DNA from: an uncultured Desulfatibacillum sp.
GTDB taxonomy: Bacteria > Desulfobacterota > Desulfobacteria > Desulfobacterales > SpSt-501
NCBI GenBank assembly: GCA_964596545.1
Contig: CAZQUP010000005.1
Location: 12,340-76,339, forward strand
Direction of reading: 5' to 3'
DNA: 64,000 nt
The stretch's first letter is position 1. Every line of letters begins with the position of its first letter. Positions 17,847 to 26,982 of the stretch are shown piece by piece. The position numbers and the translations under genes are program-made. The notes below the pieces were generated by a model. The model saw nothing but the letters and a program-made list of their open reading frames with translations. It was not told where the DNA came from and made no database searches.

Positions 17847-18953
17847 TTACTGCAGGGCGTTGAAGATCCAGCCGACGGCCAGGATTCCCAGACCGACGAT
17901 GCCGACGAAGGAGCCGAGCAGCCGCGGCTTGAGCACACGGCGCAGAATCAGGATCTCGGGAAGCGACAGCGCGATCACGCTCATCATGAAGGAAAGCACC
18001 GTTCCGAGCGCCGCCCCCTTGCCGAGAAGCGCCTGGACGATCGGGATCATCCCGGCGGCGTTGGAATATATGGGAATCCCGATCCCGACGGCCAGCGGCA
18101 CCGACCACCAGGCTTCCTTCCCCATGATCGCGGCGAGCACGGCCTCCGGCACGTAGCCGTGGATGAACGCCCCCACCGCAATGCCGAAGACGATCCATTT
18201 CCAGACCCGGCCGACGACGCTTCGAACGGCGTCGAACCCCGCCTGGAGTCGCTCCCGAAACGATCCGGGGCCGGTGGCGATCTCCACCTCGTTACGCCGC
18301 ACGGCGGTGACCCACGGCTCGATATGCCGTTCGAGCCGCAGTCGCCCGAGCAGGAAGCCGCCGGCAATGGCGATCGCCATGCCGGTTCCGGCGTAGACCA
18401 GCGCGATTTTCCAACCGAGAAGCCCGTAAAGCAGCAAAAGCGCCACCTCGTTCACCATCGGGGCGGCGATCAGAAACGAAAAGGTGACGCCCAGCGGAAT
18501 GCCTGCGGTGACAAAGCCGATGAACAGCGGGACCGCCGAGCAGGAGCAGAAGGGCGTGGCGACCCCGAGCAGGGCGGCGAGCACGTTTCCCACGGCCTCT
18601 CGCCGGCCGGCGAGGATGCGGCGCGTGCGCTCGGCGGTGAAGTAGGTGTTCAGGATGCCCACGGCGAAGACCACGACCGTCAGCAGCATCAACACCTTCG
18701 GCGTGCCGTAGAGGAAGAACTCGACTGCCGCGGCGAAATGCGAGCCGGCCTCCAGGCCGAACACATCGTAAGCCAGGGCATGCGCCGCCTGGGGGAGCGC
18801 TCGGTAAACCGTCCAACCGGCGCCGAGCACGACGAGGAACAGCACAGCCTCCCAAAGTCGGATCTTCCGCGAAACGACGTCGCTTGTCGGTGCCGCGGGC
18901 GTACCGGCCGTGCCGCAGCAGGAGGAAAACTCGGAAATCGGTTTCAATGACAT
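17847..18953 (-). CDS. UPF0718/ArsP-like permease (putative organoarsenical efflux)
   Basis: Polytopic. TPFCSCSAVPLF vicinal-cysteine motif and a Cys-rich N-terminus (SSCCGTAG). Confidence 0.65.
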   Translation of the reverse strand: MSLKPISEFSSCCGTAGTPAAPTSDVVSRKIRLWEAVLFLVVLGAGWTVYRALPQAAHALAYDVFGLEAGSHFAAAVEFFLYGTPKVLMLLTVVVFAVGILNTYFTAERTRRILAGRREAVGNVLAALLGVATPFCSCSAVPLFIGFVTAGIPLGVTFSFLIAAPMVNEVALLLLYGLLGWKIALVYAGTGMAIAIAGGFLLGRLRLERHIEPWVTAVRRNEVEIATGPGSFRERLQAGFDAVRSVVGRVWKWIVFGIAVGAFIHGYVPEAVLAAIMGKEAWWSVPLAVGIGIPIYSNAAGMIPIVQALLGKGAALGTVLSFMMSVIALSLPEILILRRVLKPRLLGSFVGIVGLGILAVGWIFNALQ

Positions 18954-19018
18954 GGGGACTCCTTAACGAATCGCTCCAAAAAGAGCGCTGGCTTGCGGGT
19001 CCGGGGGGTGGCTATTGC

Positions 19019-20461
19019 TCAACCGGCAGGCTTTTCCTTCCCCTCCCGGGGTTGTCGCGCCATGGCCGACCGGAGGGCCTCGCGGAGGATTTCGATCGGG
19101 TGGCGGACGGGATAGGAGAGAAGCTGCTCGAACTGCAGCCTGCAGCTCAGGCAATCGGTTACGATCGCCTGAGGATGAATCGCTTGGATGCGGCGCATCA
19201 AGCGTTCGCCGAGCGCGATCGAGGCCGCGTGAAAATCCTGTTTGAACCCCATCACGCCGGCCAGGCCGCAGCAGTAGAGGTTTCCCTCGAGAGCGGCCGT
19301 CTCGAGTTCCGGCACCCGCCGCAGCAGCTCAAGGTAAGGCCGGCCGAACTGCTGCTCCCGCTGATGGCAGGGCGGATAGTAGAGCGCCTGCAACGAGACG
19401 GGGGCAAAGTTGACCGCTCCTTCGCCCTCCCTGACACGCCGCAGGAGATATTCGCCGACATCGAAGACTTTCTCGGCGACGGCGATGCGCCGCACAGGGT
19501 CGAGCCCCGAGAAATAACCGTCGTCTTTAAGGATGTTTTTGAAGATGATGCGGTCGAAGACCTCCATCCCGCCCACAGGACGCCCCCCCGCGCGGGCGCG
19601 CGCCGGCACCTGGATGAAACGCGCGTCGGATCCCACGCGCCGCTGATAGGCTTCGGAAAAATAAGCCCCTTCGGCGATAAGCCCGCGCAGCATGAAACTG
19701 CAGGTCGGGCAGGAGCAGAGAATGTCGTATCCCTCCTCCACCGCCGCGGAAAGGACAGTGAGGTTTTGGGATGCAGCCCGCAGGGTGAACTCTCGGTCGC
19801 CCTCGAGGAAGGAAGGCATGCCGCAGCAGGCAAGGGGGGGGCAGAAAACGGACAAGCCCCAATCCTGCAAAACTTCGACCGAGGAGCGAGCGACCTCCGG
19901 GAAAAGGTAGGTCGCCGTGCAGCCCGCGAAATAGAGGACCCCCCTTCCAGGCGGAGCCTGCGGTTTTCGGTCAAGCCGGCGTTTCCGCACCCAGGCCCGG
20001 AAATCCTCCCGGGGGAAAGTCGGCAGCCGGCGCTCGGGATGAATCCCGAGCCACCGCTTCAAACGCCTTCCCGTCCGCGGAGAGGAGAGCAGCCGGTCGG
20101 TCAGGCGAGGGAAAGCGCCGCAGATTCTCCCCAGCCGCGCGACATCTTCGATCAGGCGCACGCGGGGGGGGAGCCCGTCGCGGGAGACGAAAGCGGTCTT
20201 GGCGCGGATAATGTCCGAGCGGATGTTGGGGCAGGGACAAAGGGCGCAGAAATTGCATTTCTCAACGAGCTCGCGCAGTTCTTCGGAGGAGGGCTGGCGG
20301 CCGGTCTCCATTTCCCGGTCATAGAGCCGGTAGAGTTCGGGGAAAAAAAGACAGGCTTCGTCCAGAATCGGGCGGCAGCAATCGCAGTCGGCGCAGTCGC
20401 GGATGATCCGCCGCGCGATCTCTTCCGGCGTATCCGCTGCGGGGAAGTCCTTCGCCTTCAT
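19019..20461 (-). CDS. HdrD/GlpC-like Fe-S oxidoreductase with two CCG domains
   Basis: N-terminal CADCDCC...C and CNFCALCPC ferredoxin-like motifs. CCG motifs ACCGMP and YCCGLAG. ATG at 20461 (MKAKDF). Confidence 0.75.
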   Translation of the reverse strand: MKAKDFPAADTPEEIARRIIRDCADCDCCRPILDEACLFFPELYRLYDREMETGRQPSSEELRELVEKCNFCALCPCPNIRSDIIRAKTAFVSRDGLPPRVRLIEDVARLGRICGAFPRLTDRLLSSPRTGRRLKRWLGIHPERRLPTFPREDFRAWVRKRRLDRKPQAPPGRGVLYFAGCTATYLFPEVARSSVEVLQDWGLSVFCPPLACCGMPSFLEGDREFTLRAASQNLTVLSAAVEEGYDILCSCPTCSFMLRGLIAEGAYFSEAYQRRVGSDARFIQVPARARAGGRPVGGMEVFDRIIFKNILKDDGYFSGLDPVRRIAVAEKVFDVGEYLLRRVREGEGAVNFAPVSLQALYYPPCHQREQQFGRPYLELLRRVPELETAALEGNLYCCGLAGVMGFKQDFHAASIALGERLMRRIQAIHPQAIVTDCLSCRLQFEQLLSYPVRHPIEILREALRSAMARQPREGKEKPAG

Positions 20462-20708
20462 GATGCCTTCAGGTTTTCCGGCCTGCGGCGACGCACGAAA
20501 AGCCGCCAGCAGCCGCAATCTCCCATGGACACGGGAAGTATCCTTCCTTCCGGTGGAATCTCTTCGAGAAGCCGGCGCTCGACGAACGGCTCGACGCCGG
20601 CGGCGTCCCATCGTTGGTAGGATCGGTTGTCGACGGGCTTGCCGATCCGACCGATCGGGCCATCGACCCCGGGTCATCAGCCGATGACGGTCTTCCCGGA
20701 AAAAACGC

Positions 20709-21197
20709 TCAGGATCCCTCCGCGGTCGGCGACGAACGCTTGCTGTTCGCTAGAAAGCTCGATGCTCCAGGATCGTTCCATCGCTTCCCCCCTTCTTCGG
20801 CCTTGCGCTTCGCCGACCCGCTGCGGCCGGCGTCGGAGCGGGCCGGGCGCCGACGAACCGCAGGGGCGTCCGGATGCACGACGTCCGTCGACCCTTCGCG
20901 TTTCCGCAGGCTTGACGGAGCATCCTGCAGGCCGAAGCGGACGAAGGAAAGCGCCCGTCTGACCGCAGGCGCGGCTTGCCGCCCGATCCGCCGGTAGTAC
21001 ATCCAGCGGCCCCGCTTCTCCACCGCGACCAAACCCGCGCGCCGCAGAATGCTCATGTGCTGGGAGACCGTGGAAGGCGCCAAGCGAAGCAGCTGCGCCA
21101 GCTCGCACGCACAAAGTTCTCTCTTCTCAAGAGCGAACAGCACGCGCAGCCGGTTTTCATCGGCGAGCGCCCGAAGAAGATGAACGAAATCCTTCAT
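20709..21197 (-). CDS. arsR: ArsR/SmtB family repressor, As(III)-type ELCACEL site
   Basis: LADENRLRVLFAL..ELCACEL...STVSQHMSILRRAGLV. Long basic C-terminal tail. Confidence 0.8.
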   Translation of the reverse strand: MKDFVHLLRALADENRLRVLFALEKRELCACELAQLLRLAPSTVSQHMSILRRAGLVAVEKRGRWMYYRRIGRQAAPAVRRALSFVRFGLQDAPSSLRKREGSTDVVHPDAPAVRRRPARSDAGRSGSAKRKAEEGGKRWNDPGASSFLANSKRSSPTAEGS

Positions 21198-21260
21198 CCC
21201 GTCGTCCTGCTCGATCCCTCCCCTTGCGGAAACCTGCTTGTCCCCCGGGACCGGCCCCAC

Positions 21261-22355
21261 TCAGGGCTTACAACTCAGGTAGCACACGCCCGCCGGCGTC
21301 TCGACCGCGTAAGGAAAGTATTTTTTGCGGAAAGCGAGCGCCACGTTGACCAGGCTGATCAGCACCGGCACCTCGAGCAAAGGTCCGATGACGGTGGCAA
21401 AGGCCTGCCCCGAATGGATACCGAAGATGGCCACGGCCACCGCGATGGCCAGTTCGAAGTCGTTGCTGCCGGCGGTGAACGCTACCGTGGTGGTCTGGGC
21501 GTAGTTGGACTTGATTTTGTAAGCGATGAAAAAGGTCACAAACCACATCAGGAAAAAATAGACGGCCATCGGCAAAGCGACGATCAACACATCGAGCGGC
21601 GCCTGGATGATCTTGTCGCCCTGGAGCGAGAACATGACGATGATGGTGAAGAGCAGGGCGACCAGGGTGATCGGGGAAATTTTGGGGATAAAGCGGGTTT
21701 CATACCATTGTCTGCCCTTGGCCTTGAGAAGAGAAACCCGGGTCACCACCCCGCCGATGAAGGGAATGCCCAGATAGATGAAAACCGTCTTGGCGGCTTC
21801 CCCCATGGAGATGCTCACATCCAGCCCCTTCGCCAGGCCGAGCCAGTTCAGCCCGAGGGTAATGAAGAGGTAGATCATCGGCGCGTAGAAAAGCACCTGA
21901 AAGACGGCGTTGAAGGCGACGAGCCCCACCGCCAGTTCGCGGTCGCCTTCCGCCAGTTCGTTCCAGACGATCACCATGGCGATGCAGCGGGCGAGGCCGA
22001 CCAGGATGACGCCGATCATGTATTCGGGGTGATGGCGCAAAAACACGACGGCCAGGACGAACATCACCACCGGCCCGATGACCCAATTCTGCAACAAGGA
22101 AATGACCAGCAGCCTTTTGTGCTGCAGCACCTTGCCCATCTCTTCGTATTTCACTTTCGCCAGCGGAGGGTACATCATCAAAATCAGGCCGACGGCGATG
22201 GGAATCGAGGTGGCCCCGACCTGCATGCCGGAAATCAGCTCCGTGGCCGCCGGGAGGTAATATCCCATCAGGATCCCCGTCGCCATGGCGAGGAAAATCC
22301 ACAGCGTGAGAAAGCGGTCCAGAAAGCTCAGGCCCTTGATGTTCGTCGCTTCCAT
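21261..22355 (-). CDS. acr3: ACR3-family arsenite efflux transporter
   Basis: [24 protein letters not shown] and other ACR3 hallmarks; 364 aa. Confidence 0.9.
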   Translation of the reverse strand: MEATNIKGLSFLDRFLTLWIFLAMATGILMGYYLPAATELISGMQVGATSIPIAVGLILMMYPPLAKVKYEEMGKVLQHKRLLVISLLQNWVIGPVVMFVLAVVFLRHHPEYMIGVILVGLARCIAMVIVWNELAEGDRELAVGLVAFNAVFQVLFYAPMIYLFITLGLNWLGLAKGLDVSISMGEAAKTVFIYLGIPFIGGVVTRVSLLKAKGRQWYETRFIPKISPITLVALLFTIIVMFSLQGDKIIQAPLDVLIVALPMAVYFFLMWFVTFFIAYKIKSNYAQTTTVAFTAGSNDFELAIAVAVAIFGIHSGQAFATVIGPLLEVPVLISLVNVALAFRKKYFPYAVETPAGVCYLSCKP

Positions 22356-22405
22356 CGCGGCCTCCTTTCCAATCCGACGCGCCCGCGAGGCTTTTCCACC
22401 GGCGC

Positions 22406-22434
22406 GACGAATATTTCGTCGGGCGACGAAATAT
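22406..22434 (-). promoter_or_regulatory. Candidate ArsR operator upstream of acr3
   Basis: GACGAA-tat-TTCGTC perfect-arm dyad (22406-22420), followed 4 nt later by a third GACGAAATAT half-site. Lies 50-80 nt upstream of the acr3 ATG. Confidence 0.5.
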
Positions 22435-22548
22435 AGAGAAGCCGAAAAATTCTGTCAAGCGGCGGCAGCGCGCGAAAAGACAACGAGGCGGCGTGCAGAA
22501 CTCTGACCGAATGGCCGAAGGATATCGAGGCCGGCCCGCAACGGGGCC

Positions 22549-23481
22549 TCAGCGCCGGGGAATGCGGCGTTTGAGCCGCTCAATCGCCTCCGCCCAACGG
22601 CCCCGCCTCAGGATGCCCTGCAGGGCCGGCAGGCGCCCGCGGGTCGCCCGCTCGCCTGCGGCGATCAACTCCCGGACGGAAGCGAAGTCCGTCCAATGAA
22701 AGCCTCCCAGCTCGGGCTCGATGAGCACATCGCAGGCTCGTCGCCCGGCAGCGCGCAGATGCAGCATCATGACCTCGGTGGCGCGCTGAAGAACATCGAT
22801 CCCGTCGCGCAGGGCCTGACCGGCCTCCAGGCGGGAGCCAACGTCGACTCCGACCACCGTTTCGGCGCCGAGCTCTCGGGCGACTCCTGCAGGCAGCGCC
22901 TCCAGCAGCGCCCCATCCGCCAGCAGCATCCCCTGATGGGCGACGGGCGGCATGAGACCGGGAAGCGCGCTGCTCGCCATCACCGCGCGATGGAGCGACC
23001 CCTCCCGCAGAATCACCCGGCGCCCCGCGACCAGATCGACAGCGGTGGCGGCAAAGGGGATCCGCAAATCGGCGAAGGTGAGATCCGGCACCAGGCCCGA
23101 GAGGCACTCCCGGACCTCGCGTTCGGAAAGAAGCGACCCCCGCAGAAGAGCGACGTTGAGCAGGTATTCCTTGGCCGCGAAATTTCCGAGGCGCTCGAGC
23201 ACGCCCCCGCGGATTCCGGCTGCCGGCCGGCTCGGCTTCAGCCGACGAACCACTCCGGCCGCGACGCCGTCGGGGGCGAAGACCCGCTGCGCGGTCTGTT
23301 TCAAAACGTCCGCGTCGGGGCACAAGGCGTAGGCCGCACCGATCACCGCGCCGATGCTGCTGCCGACGATCAAGTCGGGGATTCGCCCTTCCTGCTCCAG
23401 GACGGCAAGCACGCCGATGTGGGCAAGCCCACGCGCTCCGCCCCCACTCAGGGCCAGCCCGAAGCGCAGCATCGCGGCCAT
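22549..23481 (-). CDS. Patatin-like phospholipase
   Basis: GGGARG oxyanion motif, GSSIG (GxSxG) and a DGA catalytic Asp motif. Confidence 0.85.
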   Translation of the reverse strand: MAAMLRFGLALSGGGARGLAHIGVLAVLEQEGRIPDLIVGSSIGAVIGAAYALCPDADVLKQTAQRVFAPDGVAAGVVRRLKPSRPAAGIRGGVLERLGNFAAKEYLLNVALLRGSLLSEREVRECLSGLVPDLTFADLRIPFAATAVDLVAGRRVILREGSLHRAVMASSALPGLMPPVAHQGMLLADGALLEALPAGVARELGAETVVGVDVGSRLEAGQALRDGIDVLQRATEVMMLHLRAAGRRACDVLIEPELGGFHWTDFASVRELIAAGERATRGRLPALQGILRRGRWAEAIERLKRRIPRR

Positions 23482-23491
23482 GGCTTCCCTC

Positions 23492-24460
23492 TTAGGGCCG
23501 GGGAGGTAAAGGATCCGACGGCACGACCCGATCGGCGAGGGATGTCAAGCGCTGCATCCGTCGATAGAAAACGACCGCGGTCGCCATCTGAAAAACAAAC
23601 GCCGGTGCCACGGCGGACTGCGCCAGCTCCGGCAGACTCAACGCCGCCACGGCTACGGCGATGGGAAGGTTTTTCATACCGGCGGAAAAGGTAAGCGCGA
23701 TGTTTTTCGCCGGACTCAGAAACGTACGCCCGATCGCCCAGGCCGCAACAAAAAGAACCGGAAAGACGGCGGCCAGCGCACCCGCCAGCGGGCCGAGCAC
23801 GGCCAGATTCGCGCGCAGCAGGGGTACGGAGGTGTTCACGGCCATGAACATCAGGATCACCGCCGCCGCTCCCGATAGGGCCGGCATCCAGGGAACCCAC
23901 GGCGTCATGTCGCGCTTGCACTCCAGGATTTCGCGCACCAGCAGCCCGACCAGAAGCGGCACGAGGACGCCTTCCAAGACGCCGGCAAAGAGCATCCCGG
24001 CATTCACCGCGAGATAGGCCCCGGCGAAAAGCTGCATCAACAGGGGGATGAGAAAGGGGGCGGCGATCATCGTCGCGGCGTTGATGACGGTGGCGAGCGG
24101 AACATCCCCTTTGAGCAGCCCCGTCCAGACGATGGCCATGCCCGCGCACGGCACCGCACCGATCAAGATCAAGCCGGCAGCCAAATCCGGTGCGTCCGCC
24201 AACCACAACACGGACAAAACCCAGCAGATCAGGGGGGCGGCCGCAAAATTCAGGGCCAGGCCCAAGACGAAGGCCTTGGTTTCTTTCAGCGCCCGCCCGA
24301 GGCTGCGCAGCCTCAAGGAGAACCCCATGGCCCCGATCATGAGGAAAACCAGGCCGAAGGCGAAACGACGGATGAAGCGGCCCGGGGCGGGGCTCCATCC
24401 ACCGCTCACAAGGCCGAGCAAAAGCGCAGCGACGATCAACTGGGAATACCGCCCGCGCAC
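23492..24460 (-). CDS. Bile acid:sodium symporter (BASS/SBF) family transporter
   Basis: Polytopic. IGAVPCAGMAIVWT and PFLIPLL motifs typical of the SBF/ACR3 superfamily. Confidence 0.7.
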   Translation of the reverse strand: MRGRYSQLIVAALLLGLVSGGWSPAPGRFIRRFAFGLVFLMIGAMGFSLRLRSLGRALKETKAFVLGLALNFAAAPLICWVLSVLWLADAPDLAAGLILIGAVPCAGMAIVWTGLLKGDVPLATVINAATMIAAPFLIPLLMQLFAGAYLAVNAGMLFAGVLEGVLVPLLVGLLVREILECKRDMTPWVPWMPALSGAAAVILMFMAVNTSVPLLRANLAVLGPLAGALAAVFPVLFVAAWAIGRTFLSPAKNIALTFSAGMKNLPIAVAVAALSLPELAQSAVAPAFVFQMATAVVFYRRMQRLTSLADRVVPSDPLPPRP

Positions 24461-24485
24461 GAAATCGCGAATTTCCCGCTCATAT

Positions 24486-25694
24486 TCACCCTTCCTTGCG
24501 TTCCGCCCCGGGAGTTTTCCTTTCTTCGGTGGCTTCCTCTGCTCCTCGCCGCCCGCCCGCCCACCCCCCGTCCGGCAGGAGGCGGCAGGGCGGCTGCGGG
24601 ACTCCCTGCCCCGCCCGGGTGAAGACGATCTGCCAGAGTTGAATCGCCCGCGCCCGGAAGGCCCCGGCGCAGGAAAGGAGGTAGTAGTCCCACATCCGCT
24701 GGAAACGTGCGCCGTATTTCGGCTGCAACTCCGGCCAGGCCAGCTCGAAGCGCCGGTGCCAGGCCATCAGTGTCCGGTCGTAGTGGGGCCCCAGGTTGTG
24801 GACATCCTCGACGACGAAAAGCCCCTCGGCGGCGCGGGAGATCTGCGCGAGCGAGGGCAGCATGCCGTTCGGGAAGATGTAGCGCGTCATCCAGGGATCG
24901 CAGCCCCGGCGTGATTCGTTCGCTCCGATGGTTTGCAGCAGGAAGACCCCGTCCGCTGCGAGGAGGGAGGCGACTTTCTTCATGAAGCGGCGGTAGTTTT
25001 TGAAGCCGACATGCTCGAACAAGCCCACGGAAACGATCTTGTCATAGATCCCGTCGATCTCCCGGTAATCGGCCTCGACCGCCTCGATCGGAAGGCCGCG
25101 CCAAAACTCGCGGGCATGGGCGAGCTGCTCGCGGGAGAGGTTGACGGCCGTCACGCGACAGCCGCTCCATTCGGCCGCATAACGGGCGAATCCGCCCCAA
25201 CCGCAGCCGATGTCCAGCACCCGGTCGGTGGATTTCAGCCCGAGCTTGTGACAGATAAGATCCAACTTCCGTCTCTGGGCCTCCTCCAGGTCGTCGCCGT
25301 CGCCGAAGAAGGCGCAGCTGTACTGGTTGTAGGAATCGAGAAAGGAAAGAAAGAGATCGTTTCCCAGCTCGTAGTGGTGATCGACGACACGTCGGGCCCG
25401 TGCGCGCGACTGGAGATTGACGACGAGCCCCGGCAGGAATCGCAGGAGAAGGCGCAAGCTTCCCCGCACGCGGCCCTCGATCCCGCTTCGCAGGAGGCGA
25501 TCGAAGAACTCGTCCAGCCGCGGGCAGTCCCACCAGCCGTCCATGTAAGATTCGCCGAGACCGAGATTTTTCCCCGCGATCACCCGGCCGTAGAAGCGCG
25601 GCTCGTGGACCTCGAGATCCCAGGGTCGCCCCCCGCCTATCGTCACTCCGGCCGCGGCGAGAAGCTCGGTGACCAGCCGCTCCTCATGGCGCAT
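24486..25694 (-). CDS. cfa: Cyclopropane-fatty-acyl-phospholipid synthase
   Basis: GESYMDGWWDC, VLDIGCGWGG SAM motif, HYDRTLMAW. Start at ATG 25694 (MRHEERL). Confidence 0.85.
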   Translation of the reverse strand: MRHEERLVTELLAAAGVTIGGGRPWDLEVHEPRFYGRVIAGKNLGLGESYMDGWWDCPRLDEFFDRLLRSGIEGRVRGSLRLLLRFLPGLVVNLQSRARARRVVDHHYELGNDLFLSFLDSYNQYSCAFFGDGDDLEEAQRRKLDLICHKLGLKSTDRVLDIGCGWGGFARYAAEWSGCRVTAVNLSREQLAHAREFWRGLPIEAVEADYREIDGIYDKIVSVGLFEHVGFKNYRRFMKKVASLLAADGVFLLQTIGANESRRGCDPWMTRYIFPNGMLPSLAQISRAAEGLFVVEDVHNLGPHYDRTLMAWHRRFELAWPELQPKYGARFQRMWDYYLLSCAGAFRARAIQLWQIVFTRAGQGVPQPPCRLLPDGGWAGGRRGAEEATEERKTPGAERKEG

Positions 25695-25943
25695 CGCCGT
25701 TTGTCTCCCCCCGGGGTTGCCCACCCGCAGGGACTCCGGCGCACCCCGACAAAGGTTCTTCACGGGGACTTCCGAAGCCGCCGATCCCCTTGCGGGCATC
25801 CTCTTCGGCTCAAGCGAAGCGGTTGTCGTTAGGCGAGGCTTCGAAACCTCTGTCATCCGGCGCGCTCTCCGCCGAAGGCCGACCGGAAGGAGCGACTCTC
25901 TCGGAGCGGGAGGCGTCACGCTCGGCACGCCTCGCCGCCTCTT

Positions 25944-26246
25944 TCAGGCCATGGGGAAAAACCCCCGCTTTTCCAGTTTCCGGCCGGGAAGGAGCCGGGC
26001 ATGGGGAAGGATCTTCAACAGAACCTCTTCGTTCATCGGCAGCCGGCGGCATGAGCCCTGGTTGCTGAAAATCACCTCGTCTGCGAGGCGCACCTCGAAG
26101 ATCCCGTTGTGCCCGTCCACGAGTTCGGCCCGGAGGCCGAAGAAGGTTTCGATGGCTGCAGCCAGACTGACCGCACGCTCACGAAAGCCTCATTCCAGGC
26201 AGTAAAGAATACGGATGCGGGGCTCGCCGCCCGTCTTCGATTCCAT
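25944..26246 (-). CDS. Rdx-family (SelW/SelT-like) selenoprotein candidate; in-frame UGA (26190-26192) read as Sec
   Basis: ATG 26246 follows AAGGAG by 8 nt. Read-through gives RIRILYCLE-U-GFRERAVSLAAAIETFFG...GHNGIFEV...RLP, i.e. CxxU at the Rdx redox motif. 100 codons, stop at 25944. Absent from the ORF track. Confidence 0.7.
26145..26192 (-). other. In-frame UGA plus candidate bacterial SECIS stem-loop
   Basis: The 45 nt after the UGA can be drawn by hand as an imperfect hairpin. Outer GG(C)UUUCG pairs with CGAAACC; the inner helix ends in UGCGG/CUGCA around loop UCAGUCUGG. Confidence 0.4.
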
Positions 26247-26281
26247 ACGGCTTTCTCCTTTCCTGAAGAAAATCGTAAAGT

Positions 26282-26608
26282 TCAGGCGAAAATCCGACGC
26301 AAGGCCTCTTCCAGGGGGCCCCACTCGTTTTCGAGAACCTCGATGCCGCGGGCCCTGAGCCATTCCTTGTGAAAGCTCCAGATTCCGTTACATACCACCT
26401 TGCCTACCTCCTGTTCCACGAGAAACCGACAGAGCTCCCAGGGGTCCTCGGCGCGCAGGGCCTGGAATTTCGGTCTCCGATCGCTCTTTGTCCCCTCGAG
26501 GAACAACACCTCGTCACAAAATCCGAAGCAGGGGGCGATCCGCTTGTTCAAGAGGATCACGGCGATCCGATCCACTCTAACCTCGCCTGGCCGGTTGCCT
26601 GGGAGCAC
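26282..26608 (-). CDS. NifB/NifX-family (dinitrogenase FeMo-cofactor-binding domain) protein
   Basis: IAPCFGFCDEVLFLE ... KVVCNGI ... GIEVL pattern. The true start may be GTG at 26575. Confidence 0.55.
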   Translation of the reverse strand: MLPGNRPGEVRVDRIAVILLNKRIAPCFGFCDEVLFLEGTKSDRRPKFQALRAEDPWELCRFLVEQEVGKVVCNGIWSFHKEWLRARGIEVLENEWGPLEEALRRIFA

Positions 26609-26915
26609 CCCATCCCGTCCGCAGGATCAGCTATAACGATGCCTGGATGGTTATCGCCTCCGAAGATCCGCCCGAGGTTTTGAAACCCGGAAAGAAGGTC
26701 GCCCGCCCTGGGCTCCCCCGCGAAAGCCCTTCAAGCAAGATCTTGTCGAAAAACGACGTCATGCTTATGTTTCACGCACTGAAACATTCCGACGGCTTTC
26801 CGCTTTTTCCGGCAAACAACCCGGCACGCAGGCGCCTGGCCGACGTGAAGGTCGGCCGGCGGCAGCTGCGGTGATGCACTCCGGGGGGGTTGGCCCGCCG
26901 GATTGCGATCCCGCC

Positions 26916-26931
26916 TGGCATAAGCGTTGCT
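26916..26931 (+). promoter_or_regulatory. Sigma-54 promoter upstream of the radical SAM gene
   Basis: TGGCAT-aagcg-TTGCT with canonical GG-to-GC spacing, 52 nt before ATG 26983. Confidence 0.7.
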
Positions 26932-26982
26932 TGATCCCTGTCGCGTGACGCCGCGTGCCCCCATCGAAAAGGAGGTTCAGAG

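Noticed and set aside
26820-26833. The 13-mer CCGGCACGCAGGC is shared between 26820-26833 (+) and the 33358-33370 region (-), possibly a repeat element.
   Set aside because: For a 64-kb GC-rich window read on both strands, many chance 13-mer matches are expected. Flanking sequence shows no further similarity.
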